Shown here: positions 47,762 to 57,135 of the stretch, piece by piece | Position numbering within the stretch: position 1 is the first letter of the stretch | How the letters are laid out: each line of letters opens with the position of its first letter | Assembly: GCA_903924465.1 (NCBI GenBank) | Contig: CAIYBN010000039.1 | Span: 14,256-78,255 of the forward strand | Source of the DNA: an uncultured Myxococcales bacterium | GTDB taxonomy: Bacteria; Myxococcota_A; UBA9042 | Reading direction: 5' to 3' | DNA: 64,000 bases | The notes under the pieces: generated by a model | Seen by the model: the letters and a program-made list of their open reading frames with translations, nothing else | What the model was told of the DNA's origin: nothing | Database searches by the model: none | Program-made: the position numbers and the translations under genes

Positions 47762-50700
47762 ATGCCGCTGCACCTGCACCACTCCAACGCAGTGGAATCG
47801 CTCGTAACGGAGCTGGCCCGGCAGCTGCACGCGCATTGGCCCGCGGATCCGTTTGAGCCCGTCGGCATCGTCGTGGGCAGTCGCGGCATGGAGCGTTGGC
47901 TGCGGCACCAGTTGGCGACGCATCATGGCGTGGCAACCCGTCTGGACTTTCCCTTTCCCCGTCAAGCATTTGACGGCGCCGCGGCGCTGCTGTTCGGCAC
48001 GACGCAGCGGGCGGATTTCTGGAACCTGCGCGCCGATGCCCAGAGGCGCTGGCAAGTGGACGCGCTCGGGTTCGCGCTCATCACGCTGCTGCGGCAGTTC
48101 TTGTCACACGCTGACTTCGCCGCGGTGCACCGGTATTTGGGTGAAGTGCCGGGCGAAGCCGTCTCGCCGCGCGAACTGACGTTTGCCCGCCAGGTCGCGG
48201 AAACGCTGGACCGGCTGATGCATGAACGCGGGTCGGAGGCAACGCTGTGGCAAGCCGACCCGGAGCGCGCGCCGCCGCAGCACCGTTGGCTGGCGCGCCT
48301 GCTGCACGCGCTGGAAAGTCCCGAAGCGCCGAGTCCTGCGCAACAATTGGCAAACCTGCAGCGCCTGCGACCGTTGGCGACGGGTCGGCGGTTTCACATC
48401 TTTGGACTGTCGACGATGGGCCCCGGCGACGTGCAACGGCTGGATAACATCGCACGCAGCCTGAACGTCCACGTGTATGCGCTCGCACCCTCGCACGTGT
48501 GGTGGGCGGATGTGCGCACCCACGCGGAACTTCGCCTGGCCCTGCGCCGCGCGACGAACGATACCCAGCGGCGGCAAATCGAGGCGGATCTGGCGTCGCA
48601 AAATCCAGTGCTGGCCGCTCTGGGCGGGCCCAGTCGCGATTTGCAGGTGCAGTTGGAAGACATTGGCTACCTGGAGGACGAAGGCGTGTCGCGGCACGTG
48701 CCGTCGGCAGGCACCCTGTTGGGTCGGCTGCAGGCCTGGATCGCCGACGCCGCGCCGATGCCGCAGGCGGGTCCGTGGCCCGTGCAGCCCGCGGACATTT
48801 CCTTCGCCACGCATGCGGCGTTTGGTCCGACCCGTCAGGTGGAAGCGCTGCGCGATCAACTCCTGTCGCTGTTTGCCGCCGATCCGCAGTTGGAGCCGCG
48901 CCACGTGATCGTGATGACGCCGGACATCGAGACGTACGCGCCGCTGGTCGCAGCGATCTTTGCGCGGCGTGGTCTCGCGGTGGCTGTCGACTCAGCCTCG
49001 TCGGACCACGCACCGCTGTTGCCGGCCATTCCCACAGCGATCGCCGATTTGGGTCTGCGGCAAACCAACGCGCTGGCAGAAGTGCTGCTGCAGTTGCTCG
49101 CGCTGGCTGGTGAACGCGTGACCGCCGCCGCTCTGCTGGAATTGCTGACGCTGCAACCCGTGCGCGACAAGCTGGAGGTGCAGGCCGAGGACCTGGCAGA
49201 CATCCGCGAGATGATGGCAACCTCTGGAATGCGCTGGGCGTTTGACGCCACCGATCGCCATCGACACGCGGAACAGCCGGAACTGGACCAGAATACCATC
49301 CGCTTTGGCCTGGAGCGTCTGGCGCTCGGCGTGCTGATGCCCGATCCATCGGACACGCTGGACGTCGTGGCCGGAATGCCCATGCCGTTGGTGCCGGAAC
49401 CGGTGGCCGGTCGCGAGCGCATCGCGCGGCTCGGGAAGTTGATCGCGTTTGTCCGCGAGGTTCAGCACCAGTGCGTAGCCCTCGAACCGGCACGCCAGGC
49501 GGGCACCTGGTCGCGCGACCTGATCGCGGCCCTGGACCGGCTCACGATCACCACGCCTGCGCAGGCCTGGCTGCGTACCGGCGTGGTCGACATCCTGCAC
49601 GGCTTGGCGCAGGACGCCGCGCACCTCGATTTGCCGCTGTCGCGTACCGCACTGTTGCGTTGGCTTCAAGGCCGTCTGGACCTGCCGCAAAAGGGCGATC
49701 GTGCGGTGGCGAGCGCGGTGACGGTTTGCGCCCTCGAGCCGATGCGTTCGGTGCCGTTCCGTGTCGTGGCGCTGCTGGGGATGGACGACGGCAAGTTTCC
49801 GCGTGGAACGCAGGCGCCAGGCTGGGATCCGTTTGCCGACGGGCGGCGGACCGGTGAGCGCGACCGGCGGGAAATCGACCGGCATTTGCTGTTGGAGGCG
49901 TTGCTGTCGGCGCGCAGCCACTTCTGGCTGTTCTGGTCGGGCCGCGATGTGCGCACCGGCAAACGACTGCCGGCCGCGGTCCCGGTGGAGGAGTTGCTGG
50001 AGACGCTGGGGCGGCTGACGGGCCGAACGCGCGACGCGCTGGTCACCGCGCATCCGCTCCAGCCGTGGAGCCCGCAGGAATTCCGGGACGACAAGCCGCG
50101 GGGCTTTGACCACGGCCTGCTGACGGCCGCACGCACGCTCGATGCCCTGCGCCGTGGCGAGCTGGAGCCGCGCAGCGCGGGTCTTTTGGCGCGAAATGAC
50201 GCGACCTTGGCGCCGGAGCCGGAACAGCAGATGCGCATCAGCCTCGATGAACTGGCCAACGGTCTGATTGCACCGCAAAAGTTGCTGTTGCGAACCCGCA
50301 TGCAGCTGACACTCGCTGACGAGGACGCGACGCTCGAGACACGTGAACCGTTGGAACTGGATTCCCTGCGCGGCTGGGCGGAACGCGATCGCCTGCTCGG
50401 AACGCTGCTGCAGCAGGAACGCGAGGATGGAAGCCTGCTGACGCGCGCTTTTGCCCACGCTGCGGGACGCGGGGCGCTGCCCTTGCAGGCGGGGGGGCGC
50501 GCGCTGTTGGCAGAAGAACTGGCGGCGGCGCAGCGGGCGGTGCGCCGCGTTCACGAGATCGACGGGGAGGCGATCGACCAGCCAAGGGTGTCGCTCGTGC
50601 TGGCGGACGGAACGACGCTGTCGGGCGACCTGGCTCAAGTGTTTGGTCGCGACGATCACCTGCTGCTGCACTGGGTTACCGCGAGCAAACAACCGAATGA

Positions 50701-51211
50701 GAAGCTGCAGTTGCGTGCGTGGTTGGCGCTTCTGGCAGCGCAAGCCGCTGGGCTGGCTGTTGCCGCAGCACGGGTGGTCGGTGTCGACGAGAACGACAGA
50801 AAGGCCGAGCGATGGTTCGTTGCGCCGCCGCCGGAGGAAGCGAGGCGTCTTTTGAGCGATCTGGTCGCGATCTGGCGCGCCGGGCGCTGTCAGCCCCTGC
50901 CGCTTTTTGCCCGTACGTCGCCCGCTTTGGCGGACGTGCTGCTCAAGGATGCGGTCGCGCCCGCTGCAAGCCTACAGCGCGTGTTGGCCGAGAATTGGGT
51001 GGGCGATGACCACGCGAGCGGCGATGGCGACGATCCAGCCATCCTGCGGCTGTTCGGCGACGAAGCCCCGGCGGATCTGGCGCATCCGGCCGGACCGCTG
51101 AGTCTGCGCGGGCTGGCAGAACGGGTTTGGCTGCCGATGTTGGCACACGCGGTCGCGCCAGACGCTCCCGAAGTGGCCAGTTGGCTGCTGCCGTCACCGG
51201 AGGGCGCATGA
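47762..51211 (+). CDS. recC: Exodeoxyribonuclease V gamma subunit RecC
   Basis: HSNAVESL, DPFEP..V.SRGMERWL, RQVEALRDQL, VMTPDIETYAPLV, PMRSVPFRVVALLGM, DRHLLLEALLSAR, HPLQPW. Confidence 0.95.
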   Translation: MPLHLHHSNAVESLVTELARQLHAHWPADPFEPVGIVVGSRGMERWLRHQLATHHGVATRLDFPFPRQAFDGAAALLFGTTQRADFWNLRADAQRRWQVDALGFALITLLRQFLSHADFAAVHRYLGEVPGEAVSPRELTFARQVAETLDRLMHERGSEATLWQADPERAPPQHRWLARLLHALESPEAPSPAQQLANLQRLRPLATGRRFHIFGLSTMGPGDVQRLDNIARSLNVHVYALAPSHVWWADVRTHAELRLALRRATNDTQRRQIEADLASQNPVLAALGGPSRDLQVQLEDIGYLEDEGVSRHVPSAGTLLGRLQAWIADAAPMPQAGPWPVQPADISFATHAAFGPTRQVEALRDQLLSLFAADPQLEPRHVIVMTPDIETYAPLVAAIFARRGLAVAVDSASSDHAPLLPAIPTAIADLGLRQTNALAEVLLQLLALAGERVTAAALLELLTLQPVRDKLEVQAEDLADIREMMATSGMRWAFDATDRHRHAEQPELDQNTIRFGLERLALGVLMPDPSDTLDVVAGMPMPLVPEPVAGRERIARLGKLIAFVREVQHQCVALEPARQAGTWSRDLIAALDRLTITTPAQAWLRTGVVDILHGLAQDAAHLDLPLSRTALLRWLQGRLDLPQKGDRAVASAVTVCALEPMRSVPFRVVALLGMDDGKFPRGTQAPGWDPFADGRRTGERDRREIDRHLLLEALLSARSHFWLFWSGRDVRTGKRLPAAVPVEELLETLGRLTGRTRDALVTAHPLQPWSPQEFRDDKPRGFDHGLLTAARTLDALRRGELEPRSAGLLARNDATLAPEPEQQMRISLDELANGLIAPQKLLLRTRMQLTLADEDATLETREPLELDSLRGWAERDRLLGTLLQQEREDGSLLTRAFAHAAGRGALPLQAGGRALLAEELAAAQRAVRRVHEIDGEAIDQPRVSLVLADGTTLSGDLAQVFGRDDHLLLHWVTASKQPNEKLQLRAWLALLAAQAAGLAVAAARVVGVDENDRKAERWFVAPPPEEARRLLSDLVAIWRAGRCQPLPLFARTSPALADVLLKDAVAPAASLQRVLAENWVGDDHASGDGDDPAILRLFGDEAPADLAHPAGPLSLRGLAERVWLPMLAHAVAPDAPEVASWLLPSPEGA

Positions 51212-54200
51212 GCACGACGCTGCCCACCTGGACTGGTCGCGAGCCGCTGCCGGACACGCAAACGCTGTTGCTGGAAGCCAGCGCAGGAACCGGAAAGACC
51301 TGGCAAATCGCCCACTTGGTGACGCGGCTCGTGGCTGAAAAGGCCATGCCGATTGAGCGGATTCTGGTCATCACCTTCACCAACGACGCCGCTGCCGAAT
51401 TGCGGGATCGCGTACGCGCCCGCCTGATCCTGGCGCGCGACGCGCTGGCCGATGACGCACGCCCGTCGGATGACCCGCTGCTGGCGATCTGGCAAGTTCG
51501 CGCGGACAAAGCGGATATGCGGTTGCGGCTGGCGACGGCGTACTCGACGTTCGATCTGGCGCCGATTTCGACGATTCACGGTTTTTCGCAGCGCATGCTG
51601 ACGCAACTGGCATTCGAGTCAGGTCAGGAAGCGGGGCTGACGTTGCTGGCGGATGTGCAACCGCTGCTGGACGAATGGGTCGCCGACGAACTCGCGCGGA
51701 TTTACGCAGCGACCGATGAGGCCCAAGTGGCGACGGCGACCGCCTTGGGCTGGAACCGCCAGGATCTGGAGACGTTGGCCAAGTCGGTGACCGGGGCGGT
51801 CATGCCCCGGGTGCTTCCTCAGCTTTCGGCGCCGCTTTCGCCGATCGAGGCGGTGAGGCAGTGGCATGCCGCCGTGACCGCGATGACGGCTTGGCTGGAT
51901 GGCCCGAGTGGTCAGGCAGCGTTCGCGGCGTTGCGGCTGGAAATTGAAGCCAAACGCGGGCGGTTGGATGGCCGCAAGGTGGGCGGCCGGCACGCCAGCG
52001 ACTATTGGGCCAGTCTGCGCGACTGGCTCGCCCGCGGTGGGCCGCGCGACGAACGGGCGGGATCGCGGGCACCGGCGTGGACACAGGCCTACACGATGGC
52101 GACGCTGCGCGCTGTCTGGAGAGGGTCGGAAGCTGTCGCGCATTTTGCCGCCACGCCGCTCTTCACGGCGTACACGGATCTCGTCGCGTTCCAGGAAATG
52201 CTGTGGCCACAGCCGCGCGCGCATGCGGCGCAACGTGCGCGCGCCCACGTGGAGGCAGAACTCCAGCGGCTCGGCGTGCTGACGTACGACGCGATGCTGT
52301 CGCGGTTGGCCGAGCGCGTCATGGAAGAAGGGCCGCAAGGTGCGCTGGCCTTGGCCATTGGGCGGCGCTACGACGCCGCGCTGGTGGACGAGTTCCAGGA
52401 TACTGACAGCGCGCAGTGGACCGTCCTGCAGGCCGCCTTTCAGGCCGCGCACAAGCCCTTGCTGCTCATCGGCGATCCCAAACAGGCGATTTACGGCTTT
52501 CGCGGTGCGGACGTGCACGTGTACATGTCCGCGGTTGCGTCGGGTGGAATGGCGATGCAGCGCGCAACGATGCGGCAAAACTGGCGCTCCGATCCCGGCT
52601 ATGTCGCGGCGATGAACCACTTCTGGCGCGAGGGGTCGGATGCATTCGCGGTACCGCGGGACGCGACATCGGGAGAACCGGCTTTTGACTACGTGGCAGT
52701 TGCAGCGGCCAAGGACGGCGCGGCAATGCGCGTGGCCACGAAAGCCGGAAGCGACGCCGGGACACGGACGCCGTTGGCGATTCGCTGGTTTGACGCCGCG
52801 GTGCAACCGGCTACGGAAGCTGGGAAGATTGGCTCGCGCAGCCGGGGCGAAGATCTGGCGGCGCTGCTGTGTGCACGCGAGGCCTGTGCCTTGCTCGAAA
52901 CGGCGCGGCTGCACGCCGAGAAGGAAGTCGCGCGTCCGCTGCGGCCGGGCGATATCGCGGTGCTCGTGGGGACCGGCAAGCAGGCACGCAAAGTGCAACG
53001 GGCACTCGGGCGGCTGGGGATTGCGTCCGTGTCTGCCGGGCGGCGAAGCGTCTTTGCCAGCCCGGTGGTCTCGTGGCTGCTCGCGTGGCTGGACGCGGTC
53101 GCGGCGCCTGGGCGGGGTGGACAAGCGCGGACGTTGGCGACGACGCCTCTCATCGGCTGGACGCTGCGGGAACTCGACGAGGCGCTGCTGGCGAACGAAG
53201 CGCCGGAGCCTGCGGCGGCGGTGGCACGCACGGGGCACGACTGGACCGCGTGGATGATGCAAATCACCGAGTGGGCCGAAAAATGGCCAGGGCAAGGCTT
53301 TGTGCGTGTTTTTGAAAGCGCGCTTGACCACACGCAAGCGCTGGAGCGGCTGCTGGCGGGGGTGGACGGCGAGCGACTGGCGACGGACCTTCGCCACCTG
53401 ACGGAGCTGTGTCATGCCGAAGAGCGGCGGACGCGCCTGAGTCCGGGCGGCCTGGCGGCTTGGCTGCGGGCGCAAGTGCTTCAGGCGCGCCGACAACCGA
53501 ACGACGAGCAATCGCTGCGGCTGGAAAGCGACGCCGCGGCGGTGCAAATCGTGACGGTGCACGCGAGCAAGGGGCTGGAGTATCCGGTGGTGCTGCTGCC
53601 GTTTGTCTGGGCCGAGAACGGTGGCACGGCGCGCGGCAACGAACCGGTCAAGTTCCACGATCCGCAGGGTGTCGTGTGCCTGGAGATGGCGCCACCGCAC
53701 AGTGAAGCGCGCAGGGCGGCGGAAGCGGTCCAGCAGTCGGAGGTTCGCCAGGAGCAGCGTCGGCTGTTGTACGTCGCACTGACACGCGCGCGGCACCACT
53801 GCGTGGCGTGGCTGGCGCCAGCGGGCGAGGGCGGCGGCGATCCGGCGGGAAGCGCCTTCGCGACCTTGGCCTTGCGGTCCCGACCCAATGCTGCGGATGC
53901 GCCGCTGCCGACGCTCAAGAGCCCGACCAAGGCGAGTCCGCCCGATGCGTATCGGACGGCGGTCGCCGCGTGGCACCAGCGCTTGACCCATTTGGCCGAC
54001 ACCTCGGAAGGGCAAATCGCTTGGCATGTCGAGTCGGCCCTGTCGGACACCCCGCCCTCGGTGCAGGTGAAGCCCGATGCCGTGACGCCGCTTGCCGCGC
54101 AGCACTGGCCAGTCGAGCGGAAGCTGGCGACGCCGTGGCTGGTGACGAGCTATTCCGCGTTGGCCGAGGGGCGAACGCTGGACGACGCCGCGCCGACGGG

Positions 54201-55197
54201 CGATTGGGAACCGGGCCAAGGGTCGGAACCATCGGCGGGTCTGCTGGCGGCCCAACCCGTCCCCGCTGTGGCGCGGCAAACGCAGCTGGAGGACGACGAC
54301 TTTGCCCCGTCGCCGGAGCCCGCGCAGCCCACGCGCACCCAGGCGGTCGCGCTCGCGACGCTGCCCGGAGGGACCGACGTGGGACAATGGGTGCACGCGT
54401 TGATGGAACACCTGGACTTTCAGGCCTGCGCGGGCAAGGAGGCAGGCGTGCTGACGGAGTTGGCTCCGCTGCTTGCCACGCGCGCGGGCGTGCCATTTGG
54501 TCCCCTGCACGCACCGTTGCTGACCGCCCTGCCCGCAGTCCTGGCCACGCCGTTGGGCGGCGGTGCGACGCAGTTGCCGCGCGATTTCAGTCTGCGCCAG
54601 TTGTCGCCCGCCGATCGCGTGGACGAGCTGCATTTCGACCTGTCGCTGGCGGGAGGTGCGGATTGGCAGGCGCATCTGCCGTGTGTCCAGCCGCTGGCGA
54701 TCCAGGCGGCGCTCGCGCAGCGCCTGACAGACACCGCGTGGGATGGCCTGCCCTGGCTGCAGAAAGTGCACGACGCATCGCCGTTCCCGGAAATGGCCGG
54801 CGTGCTGACGGGCTCGATCGACCTGGTGATGCGCGTCGACGGCCGGTATTTCATCGCGGATTACAAGACGAACAAGATCGTGTCGCAGCACAACCGGCAG
54901 CTTTGCTTGCGTGGTCATTACGCCCGCGACTGGCTGGCATGGGACATGGGGCGTCACGGCTACCATTTGCAGGCGCTGTTCTACACCCTGGCGCTGCACC
55001 GCTATTTGCGCGAGCGGCTGGTCGGATACGCCTACGACGTCCACATTGGCGGCCACCTGTACCTGTACCTCCGCGGCATGGAAGGCCCGGACGCGCTGCA
55101 GGACAACGGTCAAGCGTTCGGCGTGTACACGGACCGTTGGCCCAAAGAAGTCGTGCTGGCGCTGGACGCCGCGCTGGCTGTCCGGGAGGGCGCATGA
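51208..55197 (+). CDS. recB: Exodeoxyribonuclease V beta subunit RecB
   Basis: LEASAGTGKT, ITFTNDAAAEL, VDEFQDTD, IGDPKQAIYGFRGAD, TVHASKGLEY, LLYVALTRA, nuclease GSIDL..ADYKTN, YHLQ. Confidence 0.96.
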   Translation: MSTTLPTWTGREPLPDTQTLLLEASAGTGKTWQIAHLVTRLVAEKAMPIERILVITFTNDAAAELRDRVRARLILARDALADDARPSDDPLLAIWQVRADKADMRLRLATAYSTFDLAPISTIHGFSQRMLTQLAFESGQEAGLTLLADVQPLLDEWVADELARIYAATDEAQVATATALGWNRQDLETLAKSVTGAVMPRVLPQLSAPLSPIEAVRQWHAAVTAMTAWLDGPSGQAAFAALRLEIEAKRGRLDGRKVGGRHASDYWASLRDWLARGGPRDERAGSRAPAWTQAYTMATLRAVWRGSEAVAHFAATPLFTAYTDLVAFQEMLWPQPRAHAAQRARAHVEAELQRLGVLTYDAMLSRLAERVMEEGPQGALALAIGRRYDAALVDEFQDTDSAQWTVLQAAFQAAHKPLLLIGDPKQAIYGFRGADVHVYMSAVASGGMAMQRATMRQNWRSDPGYVAAMNHFWREGSDAFAVPRDATSGEPAFDYVAVAAAKDGAAMRVATKAGSDAGTRTPLAIRWFDAAVQPATEAGKIGSRSRGEDLAALLCAREACALLETARLHAEKEVARPLRPGDIAVLVGTGKQARKVQRALGRLGIASVSAGRRSVFASPVVSWLLAWLDAVAAPGRGGQARTLATTPLIGWTLRELDEALLANEAPEPAAAVARTGHDWTAWMMQITEWAEKWPGQGFVRVFESALDHTQALERLLAGVDGERLATDLRHLTELCHAEERRTRLSPGGLAAWLRAQVLQARRQPNDEQSLRLESDAAAVQIVTVHASKGLEYPVVLLPFVWAENGGTARGNEPVKFHDPQGVVCLEMAPPHSEARRAAEAVQQSEVRQEQRRLLYVALTRARHHCVAWLAPAGEGGGDPAGSAFATLALRSRPNAADAPLPTLKSPTKASPPDAYRTAVAAWHQRLTHLADTSEGQIAWHVESALSDTPPSVQVKPDAVTPLAAQHWPVERKLATPWLVTSYSALAEGRTLDDAAPTGDWEPGQGSEPSAGLLAAQPVPAVARQTQLEDDDFAPSPEPAQPTRTQAVALATLPGGTDVGQWVHALMEHLDFQACAGKEAGVLTELAPLLATRAGVPFGPLHAPLLTALPAVLATPLGGGATQLPRDFSLRQLSPADRVDELHFDLSLAGGADWQAHLPCVQPLAIQAALAQRLTDTAWDGLPWLQKVHDASPFPEMAGVLTGSIDLVMRVDGRYFIADYKTNKIVSQHNRQLCLRGHYARDWLAWDMGRHGYHLQALFYTLALHRYLRERLVGYAYDVHIGGHLYLYLRGMEGPDALQDNGQAFGVYTDRWPKEVVLALDAALAVREGA

Positions 55198-57098
55198 GCC
55201 TCCGCCTGCTGCACCCGGAACTGGCGGACCGCGTGGCGGCGTTTGTTCCAGCCATCCTCCAGCCGACGGACGTGCTACTCGTCGACCTGGTGGCACCGCG
55301 TTTTGGCGAAATCCGGCCGGATGTGCTGCTGGCGCTGGCGTTGGCGGTCCGCGGGCCTCGGGCCGGCCAAGTCGGTGTCGATCTGCTGACGGTGGCGCAC
55401 ACGCTGGACGATGAACGTCCCACGCAGTTGGGTCCCGAGACGCAACCGGTCTGGCCCAGCGACAGGCTGCTGTGGCAAGCGCAGACCCTGGCGTCAACGA
55501 TGGTGGGACCGCCGGAAGCGCAGACGCCGTTTGTGGCCCAGCACCTGCGGACGGGGCAAGTGCTGGTCATGACCCGGCGGATGTGGCAGGAGCAGGTGCT
55601 TCTGGCGCAGCAGGTTTTGGCGCTGGCGGTTCCAGTGCCAGACGCGCTGCCGCCTGACGTCGTGGAAGCCGGCCTGGCCAAGCTCCAGCTGACGGGCGAA
55701 GCGGCGGATGCGGTGCGTATGGCGTTGGCGCGGCGGCTGACCGTCGTCACCGGCGGACCGGGCACGGGCAAAACGTTCAGTATCAAACGGCTGCTGGCGC
55801 TGTTGCTGGAGTACGACCACGGCGATCGGCCGATCCAGATTCAGCTGGCGGCGCCAACGGGCAAGGCTGCGGTGCGGATGGCCGAGGCGATCCAGGAACA
55901 GCTGGAGGAACTGCCGGGCGTGTCGGAACACACACGCGACCGCCTGGCCCAACTGGTGCCGCGCACGCTGCACAAGCTGTTGGGGATGCGGCCGGACGGC
56001 GGCGCGCGGTTCCATGCCGACCATCCGCTCGACGTCGACGTGCTCGTGGTCGATGAGGCGTCCATGGTCGACCTGACGCTGATGCGGCGTGTGTTGGACG
56101 CCGTGCCGCCACACGCGCGGCTGATCCTGCTGGGCGACCGCGATCAACTGGCGAGCGTGGAAGCGGGCACCGTGCTTGCGGATCTCATCGCCGGCGCGCT
56201 GGAGATCAACACGGATGCGTCCTCGCCGCTGCGGCAATCGGTCGCGCGCTTCTCCAAATCGCTGCGTTTTGCCCAGGCGCCGACCATCGGCCAGCTGGCG
56301 ACGCTGCTGCAGCGCGGCGACAAGGCGAGCGAACTGGACGCGCTGGCATTGCTCAACGGCGACGCGCCCCTGCCAGACGCGGAAACACTGCCGAACCGGG
56401 TGCAACGCATCGGCTCGCCGGACAAGGGGCGACCGAGCGTGGCGCAGTTGAATCGCCTCGCCGCGCCCTACCGACAGGGCTATGTCGCGGTTTTGCGGCA
56501 AGCGATGGACGCGCACGGAAAATATGGAATCGCCTTGCAAGATCCTGCATTTCATCTGGAATTGCTGACCGCATTTGCGTCCTACCGCATCCTGGCCGTG
56601 CATCGCCTCGGCCCGCTGGGCGTGTCGGGTCTGGAACGCGCGATGGCCGAACGCGTGCGCACCGAACTGGGCGACGACTTGCCCAGTCAGTCGGGATTTT
56701 GGCTTGGCCAGCCGCTGCTCGTGACGGAAAACGCGTACGACGTGGCGCTGATGAATGGCGACATCGGTCTGGTGCTGCCGACCGCAGAGGGCCTGCAAGC
56801 CGTGTTTGCCCAAACGGTCGCCGGGACGCAGCGGACCAGAGCCGTGCCGCTCGCGCGCTTGCCGCAGGTCATGGGCGCGCTGGCGATGACCGTGCACAAG
56901 AGCCAAGGCTCGCAATTTGAACGGGTTGCGTTGGTGCTGGCCGACCGTGACTCGCCGATCCAGACGCGAGAGTTGGTCTACACGGGGATCACGCGGGCGA
57001 GCGGACGGCTGGACTGGCTGGGCACGCCCGAACGGATGGCGGCGGCGCTCGCGCGGCGGGTCCAGCGCGCCTCCGGGCTGGCGGATCTGCTGCGTTGA
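55194..57098 (+). CDS. recD: Exodeoxyribonuclease V alpha subunit RecD
   Basis: TGGPGTGKT, AAPTGKAA, VVDEASMVD, LGDRDQLASVEAG, MTVHKSQGSQF, RELVYTGITRA. True start is ATG 55194, not 53808. Confidence 0.96.
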   Translation: MSLRLLHPELADRVAAFVPAILQPTDVLLVDLVAPRFGEIRPDVLLALALAVRGPRAGQVGVDLLTVAHTLDDERPTQLGPETQPVWPSDRLLWQAQTLASTMVGPPEAQTPFVAQHLRTGQVLVMTRRMWQEQVLLAQQVLALAVPVPDALPPDVVEAGLAKLQLTGEAADAVRMALARRLTVVTGGPGTGKTFSIKRLLALLLEYDHGDRPIQIQLAAPTGKAAVRMAEAIQEQLEELPGVSEHTRDRLAQLVPRTLHKLLGMRPDGGARFHADHPLDVDVLVVDEASMVDLTLMRRVLDAVPPHARLILLGDRDQLASVEAGTVLADLIAGALEINTDASSPLRQSVARFSKSLRFAQAPTIGQLATLLQRGDKASELDALALLNGDAPLPDAETLPNRVQRIGSPDKGRPSVAQLNRLAAPYRQGYVAVLRQAMDAHGKYGIALQDPAFHLELLTAFASYRILAVHRLGPLGVSGLERAMAERVRTELGDDLPSQSGFWLGQPLLVTENAYDVALMNGDIGLVLPTAEGLQAVFAQTVAGTQRTRAVPLARLPQVMGALAMTVHKSQGSQFERVALVLADRDSPIQTRELVYTGITRASGRLDWLGTPERMAAALARRVQRASGLADLLR

Positions 57099-57135
57099 CT
57101 GACTTCTGAGCGGCGGGCAGACTCCGAAGTCGTGA

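Noticed and set aside
53808-55193. Apparent 460-aa N-terminal extension of RecD
   Set aside because: Out-of-frame overlap with recB; the real start is the SD-preceded ATG at 55194.
51619-55497. 1292-aa minus-strand ORF
   Set aside because: Antisense shadow of recB with no recognisable motifs.
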